Assembly: GCA_964418145.1 (NCBI GenBank)
Contig: CAYQKC010000002.1
Span: 1 to 40,336, forward strand
Reading direction: 5' to 3'
Origin: an uncultured Candidatus Saccharibacteria bacterium
Lineage (GTDB): Bacteria; Patescibacteriota; Minisyncoccia; Phycocordibacterales; UBA9973
DNA: 40,336 bases
Shown: piece after piece, positions 9,301-18,906 of the stretch
How positions within the stretch are numbered: position 1 is the first letter of the stretch
How the letters are laid out: the number at the start of each line of letters is the position of its first letter
Notes under the pieces: generated by a model
What the model was told of the DNA's origin: nothing
Seen by the model: only the letters and a program-made list of their open reading frames with translations
The model's database searches: none
Translations under genes and position numbers: made by a program

Positions 9301-10294
9301 TTCTATAAATTGAGATCAGGGCATAAAGCAAGCTCACAGTAAGCGGTCCGATCAAAATACCGATCGGCCCCAAGAGCGAGATACCTCCAAGTACGGCAAA
9401 GAGCACTACAAGCGGAGGCAATTTTATTTTTCTGCCCACTATCGTAGGGTTGATGAAATTATCCACCAGTCCGACGATAAATATCGCCCAAATTATAAGT
9501 CCGATAGCAACGAACCAATCGTTGGCAATCATAAAATAAATTATGATCGGAATTGACACAAGAGCAGTGCCGATCGTCGGTACAAAAGCGGTGAACATCG
9601 TTATTAATCCCCAAAAAGCCGGGTTAGATACGCCAAAGATGGCGAGGCCTATGCCCATAAGCGTGCCTTGGATGAGAGATACTAACACATAGCCTTTCAT
9701 AATGCCGTTTATTGAATCGGAAAGTTTACCCAATATTTTTTCGTCATCTTCGCGTGAAAGTGGAGAAAGTACCATTATGCCTTCTTTCCATCTGGCGCCG
9801 TCTTTTAAGAAATAGAACATGGAAAGGAGGATCATAAAGAAAGAGAAAATAGTTGAGAGAGTGTAGGAGAACACATTGGCGATATTGTCAGTGATGAGTG
9901 ATATGAAACTTGAGATTTTTTGGTTTAGGTCAAAAGTTACTCCACTCGGCAATATGTGCCTGATTAAATTATTTAATGAATCGGCAAAAGGAAAACCATA
10001 GACGTTTGTGGCAACTATGTTGTACAGATTTTGTGATTGATTAAAAATTATGATACCTATGCCAAAGATTGGACCGAAGAGTATTATCAGAAATAAAAGT
10101 ATGGTAACAAGCGAAGCAAGCCATTCCGGCAGATGCAGTTTACAGAACCATCTGTAGATTGGATAAAGCAAGACTGAAAAACAAGCACCAAGCACCAGCA
10201 CTATCCAAAAAGGCCTGAAAATAAAGAAAGAAAAAACGAAAGTTATGAATAATAGCGCAAAGAAGAAATATCTCTCAAATACTTTTGTCTGCAT
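9272..10294 (-). CDS. AI-2E family (PerM/UPF0118) transporter
   Basis: 340-aa polytopic membrane protein with the typical family layout and a C-terminal GGISLLGPIGILIGP segment. Overlaps the cysS start by 29 nt. Confidence 0.8.
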   Translation of the reverse strand: MQTKVFERYFFFALLFITFVFSFFIFRPFWIVLVLGACFSVLLYPIYRWFCKLHLPEWLASLVTILLFLIILFGPIFGIGIIIFNQSQNLYNIVATNVYGFPFADSLNNLIRHILPSGVTFDLNQKISSFISLITDNIANVFSYTLSTIFSFFMILLSMFYFLKDGARWKEGIMVLSPLSREDDEKILGKLSDSINGIMKGYVLVSLIQGTLMGIGLAIFGVSNPAFWGLITMFTAFVPTIGTALVSIPIIIYFMIANDWFVAIGLIIWAIFIVGLVDNFINPTIVGRKIKLPPLVVLFAVLGGISLLGPIGILIGPLTVSLLYALISIYRNEFKQVTIL

Positions 10295-10300
10295 TGTTTA

Positions 10301-10309
10301 ATTATATCA
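10301..10309 (-). promoter_or_regulatory. extended -10 promoter TGaTATAAT, 6 nt upstream of the AI-2E transporter ATG
   Basis: The minus strand reads TGaTATAAT-taaaca-ATG(10294). Confidence 0.55.
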
Positions 10310-10332
10310 AGTCCTTGCTTTTTTACAAAATT

Positions 10333-10341
10333 TGATATAAT
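10333..10341 (+). promoter_or_regulatory. extended -10 promoter TGaTATAAT upstream of rplU
   Basis: TGaTATAAT followed by 11 nt, then ATG(10353). It lies back to back with the minus-strand promoter at 10301-10309. Confidence 0.5.
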
Positions 10342-10352
10342 ATGGGCTTGTT

Positions 10353-10670
10353 ATGGAATTTGCAGTAATACAAACAGGCGGGAAACAGTATAAAGTCCAG
10401 AAGGACAGCGTTATTTCAATTGAGAAAATTATCGGAAAGTATAAAGTAGGCGATAAAGTGACTTTTGACAAAGTCCTTTTGGTGGATGACGACAAGGATG
10501 TGACTATCGGTACTCCTTATATAGACGGAGCAAAAGTTACTGCGGAAATTATAGAAATCGGCAAAGCGAAAACTGTTTTGGTAGTTAAATACAAGCAAAA
10601 ATCCCGCTATCTGAAACGCAACGGCCACCGCCAGCCATTCTTCAAAGTAAAAATTCTGGCTATCAAATAG
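10353..10670 (+). CDS. rplU: 50S ribosomal protein L21
   Basis: MEFAVIQTGGKQYKVQKDS... and ...KYKQKSRYLKRNGHRQPFFKVKI are typical L21 sequences. Confidence 0.95.
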   Translation: MEFAVIQTGGKQYKVQKDSVISIEKIIGKYKVGDKVTFDKVLLVDDDKDVTIGTPYIDGAKVTAEIIEIGKAKTVLVVKYKQKSRYLKRNGHRQPFFKVKILAIK

Positions 10671-10692
10671 AAAATCCCCGCAAGGGGATTTT
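10671..10692 (+). terminator. bidirectional intrinsic terminator between rplU and convergent recR
   Basis: AAAATCCCC-GCAA-GGGGATTTT hairpin with A/T tracts on both sides. Confidence 0.65.
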
Positions 10693-10752
10693 CTATTTCC
10701 AAAAATTTTCCCTATTTCAGCCATGGCGTAAATGAGGGAATAAAATTTGTAT

Positions 10753-11364
10753 TTATTGCCTATTCTTTAGGGCGTTTTTGAGGGTATCGTTGTCGGAATA
10801 TTCTAGTTCGGTGCCGGTGGAAAGACCTCGGCCTAAGGAAGAGATTTTTATACTCAGCGGTTCAACCGCTGAACTTATCTGATTGCGAATGTAAAAGTCC
10901 GTATGGTTGCCTTGCGGATTGAGCGAAAAAGCTAAAATTATCTCTTTTAAATTTTTTTCATTTTTTATTTTTTCCAAAAGTTCTTCGATTCTCACTTCAG
11001 AGTTGGTATTTTTTTTAACTATCGGTACCAATCCTCCCAAGACAAAATATTTTCCGGCATAAATCCTGCTTTTATGCATACTTTCCAGGTCGGAATCTTT
11101 TTCCACGATCATGAGCATCGAAGAATCGGTACTTGGATCAGAGCAAATCTGGCAGGTTTTTTCTTTTTTCAAATCAAAAATAAAAAATCTATGGCATTCC
11201 GTACATTGGCCGGTTTCTTTTTTCAGATCCTTGATAAGGAGAGCCAGATTTTCCGTATAAGTTCCGCTTTTTACCATTAAGAAATAAACAAAGCGTCTGG
11301 CCTGTCTTTCTCCGATCCCCGGGAATTCTTTAAAAATTTCTGTAAGCTTTTCTACTGCGTTCAT
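10753..11364 (-). CDS. recR: recombination protein RecR
   Basis: HhH FPGIGERQARRFVYFL, a C4 zinc finger (CTECHRF...CQICSD) and a Toprim region. Confidence 0.93.
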   Translation of the reverse strand: MNAVEKLTEIFKEFPGIGERQARRFVYFLMVKSGTYTENLALLIKDLKKETGQCTECHRFFIFDLKKEKTCQICSDPSTDSSMLMIVEKDSDLESMHKSRIYAGKYFVLGGLVPIVKKNTNSEVRIEELLEKIKNEKNLKEIILAFSLNPQGNHTDFYIRNQISSAVEPLSIKISSLGRGLSTGTELEYSDNDTLKNALKNRQ

Positions 11365-11373
11365 AATTTATCC

Positions 11374-12765
11374 TTAAAACTGGTCTAAATCTCCGCCGAT
11401 TTTTGATTCAGCAAATTCGCTTATGTTACTCTTTTCAAGATTCAGGAATGTGGTGGTCTTTTCGTCAAAGTAGAGCTCAATTTTACCGGTCGGGCCGTTA
11501 CGGTGTTTTTCAATTAGGATTTCCGCGATATTTGTTTTTTCAGATTCATCCTTACCTTTATCTTCCCGGTGAATAAACATTACTACGTCTGCATCCTGCT
11601 CAATAGATCCTGAATCTCTTAGATCCGAAAGACGAGGTTTTCCTCCGCGCGATTCCACTGCTCTCGAGAGCTGAGAAAGCGCCAGTACCGGTACTTCAAG
11701 CTCTTTTGCCAAGCTTTTTAAAGATCTAGAAATTTCGGTCACTTGGTTTACCATTGAGTCGTAATTTTTGGTAGTGGTCATGAGCTGGAGGTAGTCAACG
11801 ACAATGAGATCAAGACCTTTTTCGGCTTTTAGCCTGCGGGCTAGAGACTTCATTCGTACGATGGAATTCCCGGGCTGATCATCGATATATATTTTTGCCT
11901 TAGCTAATTTATCAAGTGAGTCACGCAAATGTGTGAAATCTCTGTCCGAGGAAAGGTGTCCGGTGCGCAGGTTCCAGGCGTTTACTCGTGATTGGGCGGA
12001 AAGCATTCTGTCCACCAACTGTTGTGAAGACATTTCCAAAGAGAATATCAAGGCAGATTTGTCGTGTTCAACCGAAGTCATACGGGCGATATCAAGCGCG
12101 AGGGTAGTCTTACCCATAGAAGGCCTAGCCGCCAGAATAACCAAGTCTGATTTTTGCAAACCTGAAAGCATATTATCCAAATCCCTAAAGCCGGTCGGGA
12201 GACCCCTTAGAGCGTCTTTATGCTCATGCAATCTCTCCAGACGTTCCCAAGCTTCCGGTAGAGCATCTTTCAAGTTCACGTATTTTTGGTTTTTAGGAGT
12301 TGAAATAACTCCGAATATTTTTTTCTCCGCCAGATCCAGAATCTCGCTCATATGATTGTCGCTTTCTTTAAAACCGAGTTCGGAAACATAGTCGGCGGCG
12401 TCTATCAGACTCCTTAAAATATATTTTTTCTGCACTATTTCCGCGTAGTGTTTTATGTTTACCGAAGAGGGAACTGAATTTACAATCTCGGCGAGATGTG
12501 AATTTCCACCCACTTTATCTAGCATTTTTTGTTCTTCTAGTTTTGTAGAGAGGGAAAGCATGTCGATGGGGTCGTTCTTGAGAGATAGATCAAGCATCGC
12601 CTTGAAAATAATTTTATGTTTTTCGGAATAAAAAGAGTCCGGCATAAGTATGTCCTCCACTTCATGAATGGCGTCCTTGCGAAGCATGATGGATCCGAGT
12701 ACTGCCTGCTCGGAAGGAATGCTTTGCGGAGGTATGCGAACGTCGTTTCTTTTTTCTTTCGGCAT
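11374..12765 (-). CDS. dnaB: replicative DNA helicase DnaB
   Basis: N-terminus PPQSIPSEQAVLGSIML, Walker A ARPSMGKTTLAL, LIVVDYLQLM and SLKSLAKELEVPVLALSQLSR. Confidence 0.95.
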   Translation of the reverse strand: MPKEKRNDVRIPPQSIPSEQAVLGSIMLRKDAIHEVEDILMPDSFYSEKHKIIFKAMLDLSLKNDPIDMLSLSTKLEEQKMLDKVGGNSHLAEIVNSVPSSVNIKHYAEIVQKKYILRSLIDAADYVSELGFKESDNHMSEILDLAEKKIFGVISTPKNQKYVNLKDALPEAWERLERLHEHKDALRGLPTGFRDLDNMLSGLQKSDLVILAARPSMGKTTLALDIARMTSVEHDKSALIFSLEMSSQQLVDRMLSAQSRVNAWNLRTGHLSSDRDFTHLRDSLDKLAKAKIYIDDQPGNSIVRMKSLARRLKAEKGLDLIVVDYLQLMTTTKNYDSMVNQVTEISRSLKSLAKELEVPVLALSQLSRAVESRGGKPRLSDLRDSGSIEQDADVVMFIHREDKGKDESEKTNIAEILIEKHRNGPTGKIELYFDEKTTTFLNLEKSNISEFAESKIGGDLDQF

Positions 12766-12771
12766 ACACCC

Positions 12772-12777
12772 ATTCTA
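12772..12777 (-). promoter_or_regulatory. -10 hexamer TAGAAT 6 nt upstream of the dnaB ATG
   Basis: The minus strand reads TAGAAT-gggtgt-ATG(12765). Confidence 0.4.
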
Positions 12778-12843
12778 GGAACTTACGGGACATTAGTAAA
12801 GTCCTGAAAGTTATTAAATATGTGTGTAAATTGGGGAAAAATA

Positions 12844-12852
12844 TGCTATTAT
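12844..12852 (+). promoter_or_regulatory. extended -10 promoter TGcTATTAT, 6 nt upstream of the trpS ATG at 12859
   Basis: TGcTATTAT-tttact-ATG. This supports 12859, not 12820, as the true start. Confidence 0.5.
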
Positions 12853-12858
12853 TTTACT

Positions 12859-13806
12859 ATGTCAAAAAAGGTATTATTATCTGGCGTAAAGCCGACCGGA
12901 GCGCCTCATATCGGGAACTATTTCGGGGCGATGAAGCAGTTTGTAGATCTCTCCAATGACCATGACGGTTTCGTTTTTATCGCTGATTATCATGCCCTTA
13001 ATTTTGTGCAGGACAAAGAGGAGATGAAAAAAAATATACTGAATATTCTTTTAGACTATCTTGCCTTAGGGCTCGATCCGAAGAAGATAACGATTTTCAA
13101 ACAATCTGATATTTCAGAACATACCGAGCTCGTTTGGATTTTCGATACTATTACCACAATGCCATATCTAATGCGCGCGCATGCCTATAAAGATGCAGAG
13201 GCAAAAAATAAAGAAATAAATGTCGGTACCTTCAATTACCCGATGCTTATGGCGGCCGATATTTTGCTTTATAGTCCAGACGTGGTACCGGTTGGGCAAG
13301 ATCAAAAACAGCATGTGGAATATGCACGCGAAACGGCCCTCAAATTCAACCGCATCTTCGGAGAGACTTTTAAATTACCTGAACCGCTTATCCTAAAAGA
13401 CGTGGCAATAGTTCCCGGGAGCGATGGGCGCAAAATGTCCAAAAGCTACGGCAATGCTCTGCCTTTATTTGCAGAGCCTGGCGAGATAAAAAAATTTGTG
13501 ATGAGCATAGTGACGGATTCCGCGGCAGGGGTTCCTAAAAATGTTTTTGCCATACACAAGCTTTTTAGGGACGAAAAAGAGTTGGACAGAATTTATAAAG
13601 AAAAAGAAGGGAAATACAAAGATTTAAAAGAATTATTAATTGAAGATATAGAAAAGTTTATTGCTCCACTTCGTACAAAAAGAAAAGAATTAGAAAAAAA
13701 TATACCGAAAGCTTTAAAAATACTTGAAGAGGGAAACATAAAGGCGAAAAAAATCGCCAGCGTTAAAATGAAAGAAGTGCGGGAGAAAATAGGGGTTAGA
13801 ATATAA
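12859..13806 (+). CDS. trpS: tryptophan--tRNA ligase
   Basis: LSGVKPTGAPHIGNYFGA (HIGH-type), GQDQKQHVE and KMSKS. I chose the start at the internal Met (MSKKVLLSG). Confidence 0.9.
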   Translation: MSKKVLLSGVKPTGAPHIGNYFGAMKQFVDLSNDHDGFVFIADYHALNFVQDKEEMKKNILNILLDYLALGLDPKKITIFKQSDISEHTELVWIFDTITTMPYLMRAHAYKDAEAKNKEINVGTFNYPMLMAADILLYSPDVVPVGQDQKQHVEYARETALKFNRIFGETFKLPEPLILKDVAIVPGSDGRKMSKSYGNALPLFAEPGEIKKFVMSIVTDSAAGVPKNVFAIHKLFRDEKELDRIYKEKEGKYKDLKELLIEDIEKFIAPLRTKRKELEKNIPKALKILEEGNIKAKKIASVKMKEVREKIGVRI

Positions 13807-13896
13807 GAGAGGCACTGAAAGTAGGGTTCAATAGAGTAATGTGGTGATGTAAAAAAGTTTTTTTGCCCAATTCCAAAAGAAGAGGGCAAGGTTATG

Positions 13897-13939
13897 CAGC
13901 GGTAAAAGACACAATCTTTTCCGCTGTTTTTATTTTTTG
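13897..13939 (+). terminator. intrinsic terminator of trpS
   Basis: CAGCGGTAAAAGA-cacaa-TCTTTTCCGCTG stem with one bulge, followed by TTTTTATTTTTT. Confidence 0.7.
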
Positions 13940-13943
13940 TTTA

Positions 13944-13952
13944 TGTTAAAAT
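13944..13952 (+). promoter_or_regulatory. extended -10 promoter TGtTAAAAT, 6 nt upstream of the aspS ATG
   Basis: TGtTAAAAT-aacaag-ATG(13959). The same 9-mer sits at the same spacing before parB. Confidence 0.5.
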
Positions 13953-13958
13953 AACAAG

Positions 13959-15353
13959 ATGAAAAATAGAACGTATATTAAAGATTTAAAGGACAACATA
14001 GGCAAAGAAGTTATTTTAGCCGGCTGGGTGGATATAAGGCGCGACCAAGGGAAAATGGTCTTTTTTGATGCGCGCGATATGACGGGTAAAATTCAGTGCG
14101 TTGTCTTGCCGAACCACATAGAGGCAATAGAGAAAGCGAAAAAAATTCGCCCGGAGTGGGTCATCAAAATAAAAGGTTTGATAAATAGGCGTCCGGACAA
14201 GAATATTAAAACCGGGGTATTAAACGGCGACGTGGAGCTCGAAGTTTTGGATATTGAAATATTAAACAAGGCGGAAACACCGCCTTTCCAAGTCAACGAA
14301 GATACCGTCAATATAAACGAAGATATCAGGATGAAATATAAATATTTAGATTTGCGTACGGAAAGAATGCAAAAAAATATCCGCATGCGCGATAAAATAA
14401 TTTCTTTTTTCCGCGATTATATGCATAAAAATGGTTTTATTGAAATTGAGACCCCTATGCTTATGAAGGGTACTCCGGAAGGTTCTAGAGAATATGTGGT
14501 CCCGTCTAGACTTTTTAATGGAAAGTTTTATGTCTTGCCACAATCTCCTCAACAATTCAAACAGCTTTGTATGGTGGCCGGTTTTGAAAAATATTTTCAG
14601 GTAGCGAGATGTATGCGCGATGAAGATACCAGGGGCGATAGGCAGCCGGAATTTACTCAATTGGATTTTGAAATGTCCTTTGTTACCCAAGAGGAAGTTT
14701 TGGAATATACCGAAGCCATGTTTATTGAACTTATAAAAAAACTTTATCCGGAGAAGAAAATAACTAAAATTCCTTTTCCGCGCATCACTTATGCCAAATC
14801 TATGGAAAAATATAAATCGGATAAGCCGGATATGCGTGAAAATAAGAGAGATCCAAACGAGCTCGCTTTTTGCTGGATACTGGACTTTCCTATGTTTGAA
14901 AAAAATGAAGAAGGAAATATTCAAGCAGTGCACCATCCTTTTTGTTCGGTGAAACCCGAAGATAAAGATAAATTTATGAACAATAAAGATGTGTTTTCTA
15001 TCCGGGCAAATGCTTACGATTTGGTTTTAAACGGCTATGAACTTTCTTCCGGTTCTATTCGTATTCATGATCAAAAAGAGCAAAAACGAGTTTTTGATTT
15101 ATTAAATATGAAAGAGGAAGAACAGCAAAAGAGGTTTGGGCATATGCTTGAAGCTTTTACCTATGGGGCTCCTCCGCACGGAGGCTTTGCTCCCGGGATA
15201 GATCGCATCGTCATGCTTTTACAAAATGAGCAAAATATACGAGAGGTTATCGCTTTTCCGAAGACGGGCGAAGGAAGAGATTTAATGATGGGTTCCCCTT
15301 CGGAAATATCAGAGAAACAGCTTAAAGAGTTTGGTATAAAGCTAATTAAATAA
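13959..15353 (+). CDS. aspS: aspartate--tRNA ligase, bacterial-type core without the GAD insertion domain
   Basis: FQVARCMRDEDTRGDRQPEFTQLDFEMSF, HHPFCSV and GAPPHGGFAPGIDR. Only 464 aa. Confidence 0.9.
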   Translation: MKNRTYIKDLKDNIGKEVILAGWVDIRRDQGKMVFFDARDMTGKIQCVVLPNHIEAIEKAKKIRPEWVIKIKGLINRRPDKNIKTGVLNGDVELEVLDIEILNKAETPPFQVNEDTVNINEDIRMKYKYLDLRTERMQKNIRMRDKIISFFRDYMHKNGFIEIETPMLMKGTPEGSREYVVPSRLFNGKFYVLPQSPQQFKQLCMVAGFEKYFQVARCMRDEDTRGDRQPEFTQLDFEMSFVTQEEVLEYTEAMFIELIKKLYPEKKITKIPFPRITYAKSMEKYKSDKPDMRENKRDPNELAFCWILDFPMFEKNEEGNIQAVHHPFCSVKPEDKDKFMNNKDVFSIRANAYDLVLNGYELSSGSIRIHDQKEQKRVFDLLNMKEEEQQKRFGHMLEAFTYGAPPHGGFAPGIDRIVMLLQNEQNIREVIAFPKTGEGRDLMMGSPSEISEKQLKEFGIKLIK

Positions 15354-15355
15354 TT

Positions 15356-16732
15356 ATGAAAATAACATTTAAGAATAAAAAAATAACGAAGCCGAAAGAT
15401 ACGCTTTTTGTTTCCGTAAATCCTCAAAATGAAGATGAGATAGTCAAAGAAAACGGCACCAAAACCCTTTATCTCAAGTGTGAAGAGAAGATGACCTTGC
15501 GGAAGCTTTTCTTGCTTTTGAGGAAAGTCGTAGCACTCGCAAAGGGCGTGAAAGCGGAAAAAATATCCATTGATTTCAATGATTTTAAATTCAAAAATGT
15601 AAAAATTACGAACGAAGAATTGGCTCAAATCATGGCTACGGAATTCAGCTTGGCCAACTATGAATTTATCGAATATAAATCAGAAAACAAAAGCGCATTT
15701 ATAAAAGAAGTTTACGTAGAAAATGCCGGCGCGAAAATTTATAAAAGTTTTGAAAAAGGAAATGTCATTGCCGAAGAGGTAAATAAGACCAGAACCTTGG
15801 CCAATATCCCCGGCGGAGATATGACACCTAAAATTTTGGCGGGGAAAGCGAAAGAAGCGGTAAAAGGTTTGCCGGTGAAAGTAAGAGTACTCGGAGAAAA
15901 AGAAATGGAACGGGAAAAAATGCGGGCGATACTTTCTGTCGGTCGCGGATCAGACGAAGAATCTAAATTTATTATCTTGGAATACTGGGGAAATAAAAAA
16001 GATAAAAAGCCGATAGTGCTAGTCGGTAAAGGAGTGACTTTTGATACCGGCGGAATAAACTTGAAACCATCTAACGGCTTGCTTGGTATGAATATGGACA
16101 TGTCTGGAGGAGCGTCGGTTATACACGTAGTAGCGCTGGTGGCAAAAATGAAATTAAAGGTAAATGTAATCGGGCTCGTTCCTTCAGTAGAAAATATGGC
16201 TTCCGGCAAAAGTTATCGCCCAGGGGACGTGATCCGTTCAATGTCCGGCAATACTATAGAAATTTTGAATACCGATGCCGAGGGTAGAGTTATTTTAGCC
16301 GACGCCCTTGCCTATGCCAAAAAATACAATCCGGAAACGGTGATAGATGTAGCCACTTTGACCGGCGCAGCCGTGGTCGCCCTGGGAGAAAGGATTTCCG
16401 CATTATTTACCGACAACGACAAACTTTCCGAAGAATTGGAAAAATCAGGGGAAGAAACAGGGGATTATGTCTGGCGCCTGCCTCTTTGGGAAGAGTATGA
16501 AAGCGACATAAAAGGATCGCTCGGAGACTGGACGAATATACACAACAAAGATTCCCGCTATGGGGGTGCAATTTACGGAGCTATATTCCTATATCAATTT
16601 ATAAAAGGCATTCGGTGGGCGCACATAGACATAGCTCCGCGCATGGCTTCCATCCCTGGCGAATACCTTTCCTCCGGCGCCTTGGGCGCTCCGGTTAAAT
16701 TGCTGTTTAAATTTTTAGAAAAATCGGTATAG
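15356..16732 (+). CDS. pepA: leucyl aminopeptidase (M17 family)
   Basis: VGKGVTFDTGGINLKP, NTDAEGRVILADAL and ATLTGA. Confidence 0.9.
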   Translation: MKITFKNKKITKPKDTLFVSVNPQNEDEIVKENGTKTLYLKCEEKMTLRKLFLLLRKVVALAKGVKAEKISIDFNDFKFKNVKITNEELAQIMATEFSLANYEFIEYKSENKSAFIKEVYVENAGAKIYKSFEKGNVIAEEVNKTRTLANIPGGDMTPKILAGKAKEAVKGLPVKVRVLGEKEMEREKMRAILSVGRGSDEESKFIILEYWGNKKDKKPIVLVGKGVTFDTGGINLKPSNGLLGMNMDMSGGASVIHVVALVAKMKLKVNVIGLVPSVENMASGKSYRPGDVIRSMSGNTIEILNTDAEGRVILADALAYAKKYNPETVIDVATLTGAAVVALGERISALFTDNDKLSEELEKSGEETGDYVWRLPLWEEYESDIKGSLGDWTNIHNKDSRYGGAIYGAIFLYQFIKGIRWAHIDIAPRMASIPGEYLSSGALGAPVKLLFKFLEKSV

Positions 16733-17461
16733 ATGGAAAAGGAAACTTATAAAATAAAAACGGGAAATTTTGAAGGACCTTTCCATCTGCTCCTTTCATT
16801 GATCGAAGAAAAAAAATTTTTCATCAATGATCTTTCTTTAGCTCAAGTCACAGAAGATTATCTGAATTATGTAAACAGTCTCGAGAAATCAAATCATGCG
16901 CAAATCTCGAGTTTTATCATAGTGGCTGCGACCCTTATCCTCATCAAATCAAAATCGCTCTTGCCGAACCTGAATCTCACTTCCGAAGAGGAAGGGAATA
17001 TAAAAAATCTGGAAGAGCGCCTGAAACTTTACGAGCTTTATACCAAATTGTCCGGGAATATAAAGGAACTCTTCGGGGATAAAATAATTTTTGCTCCGGA
17101 AGAAAGAAAGCATGATTTTTTGGTTTTTCTGCCCGATGAGCAAATTACCAAAGAAAGCATGATGGCTTTTGCCCATCTCGCGCTTGATAAAGTCCCCTCC
17201 AAAACATTTCTCCCGAAAGTAGAAGTGAAGAAAGTTATAAGTATTGAAGAAATGATATCAAAATTAACCGAGAGGATAGAAAAATCCATACAGATGAATT
17301 TCAAAGATTTTGCCGGTTCTGCTAAAACAAAAGAAGAAAAAATCTTTGTAATTATCGGTTTTCTTGCTATGCTAGAGCTAGTGCGGCAGGGAATTTTAGA
17401 AGCGATACAAGAAGATAATTTCAAGGACATTTTAATAGAAAAGAACAATGGAGATAGATAA
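16733..17461 (+). CDS. scpA: segregation and condensation protein A
   Basis: FEGPFHLLLSLIEEKK at the N-terminus and a kleisin-like C-terminus. Followed by scpB. Confidence 0.88.
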   Translation: MEKETYKIKTGNFEGPFHLLLSLIEEKKFFINDLSLAQVTEDYLNYVNSLEKSNHAQISSFIIVAATLILIKSKSLLPNLNLTSEEEGNIKNLEERLKLYELYTKLSGNIKELFGDKIIFAPEERKHDFLVFLPDEQITKESMMAFAHLALDKVPSKTFLPKVEVKKVISIEEMISKLTERIEKSIQMNFKDFAGSAKTKEEKIFVIIGFLAMLELVRQGILEAIQEDNFKDILIEKNNGDR

Positions 17462-18014
17462 AAAAATAGAAACAATATTATTCTTTAAAGGAGAGCCCAT
17501 TTCCAGAAAGAGACTTTCTGAATTTTTGGGTGTGGGACAAATAGAAATAAATGAGAGCATAGAAAAATTGAAAGAAAATTTAAATACACGAGGTATAGTA
17601 TTGCTCGAGAAAGAAAATGATATTGCTCTAGGAACTGCGCCAGAACTTTCTGCTATTATAGAAAGATTACAAAAAGAAGAATTAAACAAAGAACTTTCCA
17701 AGGCAAGCCTGGAAACGCTTTCCATTGTTTTGTATAAAAACGGTGTTACTCGGGCGGAAATAGATTATATAAGGGGAGTCAACTCCAGCTTTACCCTGCG
17801 GGCGCTTTCTATCCGAGGATTAGTCGAAAAAACGATTGATCCAAAAGACAACCGGCGCTATATTTACCGCCCGACTTTTGAATTGCTCTCTTATATGGGA
17901 GTAAAGAGCGTGGAAGAATTGCCTGATTATGAGAATGTAAACAAGTCTATAGAATCGACAGCTAAAGACTTGGAGGAACAGTTGAGAAACGGAGAAAAAG
18001 AAAATTTGGAATAA
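17448..18014 (+). CDS. scpB: segregation and condensation protein B
   Basis: ETILFFKGEPIS...LSKASLETLSIVLYKNGVTRAEIDYIRGV. Overlaps scpA by 14 nt. Confidence 0.88.
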   Translation: MEIDKKIETILFFKGEPISRKRLSEFLGVGQIEINESIEKLKENLNTRGIVLLEKENDIALGTAPELSAIIERLQKEELNKELSKASLETLSIVLYKNGVTRAEIDYIRGVNSSFTLRALSIRGLVEKTIDPKDNRRYIYRPTFELLSYMGVKSVEELPDYENVNKSIESTAKDLEEQLRNGEKENLE

Positions 18015-18015
18015 T

Positions 18016-18906
18016 ATGAAGAAAATTTTACAGGAAAACGCCCTTTTATTTTTTATTTTGATTTTCCTTTCTATAGAGTCGGTTTTGTTTTCTATTGGGA
18101 ACAATAAACTAAACAAAGAATATCTTTCAGAAAAAAACAGGGTCAGAATTTTGAGCGAAGAAATATCAAATCTGTCTCTCCAGGCAAAAGCCGTATCGGT
18201 TTATGATGATACTGATTCGGAAAAAATTTACAGGAAAAATGATACAAAAAAACTGCCTATCGCTTCGCTCACCAAGATTATGACTGCCATAGTTACGCTC
18301 AATACAAAAGAAAAAGAGACGACTATTACGCCCCTAGCTTTGAAACAAGAAACCGATTACGGTTTTTTAATAGGGGAAAAATTTAAGACGGAAGATTTAA
18401 TCAAGTTTACTCTGATAGGCTCAGTAAACGACAGCGCCTACGCTTTTTCGGAAGGCATTCCCGATTTTTTGCAAAAAATGAATGAAAAAGCGAAAAAGAT
18501 CGGGATGGAGAACGCTGAATTTTTCAATCCTACCGGTCTTGACATAAATAGTACTCTTTCTGGCGGGTATGCTTCAGCAAAAGATATAAATACTATGGCG
18601 CTTTATGGTTTTAAATATTACCCTGAAATTTTTGGCGCAACAATAAAAAAAGAGATGGAAATAAAATCAAAAAACGATTTTGTGCACAAAATAAAAAATA
18701 CCAATGAAATGCTGGAAAAGATCCCAAACGTTCTTTTTTCTAAAACAGGCTATACTCCGCTTGCCGGCGGGAATTTGAGCGTCATTTTTAAGGATCAAGG
18801 CGGGCACACTATCGCCGTGGCGGTTTTGGGCTCTTCCATGGACGGCCGTTTTTCCGATATGGAGAAAATAATAGAAGTATTATATAATTTTAACTATGGA
18901 AAATAA
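18016..18906 (+). CDS. serine-type D-Ala-D-Ala carboxypeptidase (PBP5/S11-like)
   Basis: N-terminal membrane anchor, SxxK (ASLTK), SxN (GSVND) and KTG (SKTGYT). Confidence 0.8.
   Translation: MKKILQENALLFFILIFLSIESVLFSIGNNKLNKEYLSEKNRVRILSEEISNLSLQAKAVSVYDDTDSEKIYRKNDTKKLPIASLTKIMTAIVTLNTKEKETTITPLALKQETDYGFLIGEKFKTEDLIKFTLIGSVNDSAYAFSEGIPDFLQKMNEKAKKIGMENAEFFNPTGLDINSTLSGGYASAKDINTMALYGFKYYPEIFGATIKKEMEIKSKNDFVHKIKNTNEMLEKIPNVLFSKTGYTPLAGGNLSVIFKDQGGHTIAVAVLGSSMDGRFSDMEKIIEVLYNFNYGK

Noticed and set aside
12820-12858. An upstream ATG start for trpS (MCVNWGKICYYFT...).
   Set aside because: The extension is not TrpRS-like. It contains the extended -10 element, which sits 6 nt before the ATG at 12859.
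13807-13958. A T-box or attenuator leader controlling aspS, suggested by a terminator 20 nt before the start and an AGAGAG near the 5' end.
   Set aside because: The region is only about 150 nt and has no T-box sequence (AAUNNGGGUGGUACCGCG-like). The hairpin is explained as the trpS terminator. It is immediately followed by an extended -10 promoter positioned for a leaderless aspS.
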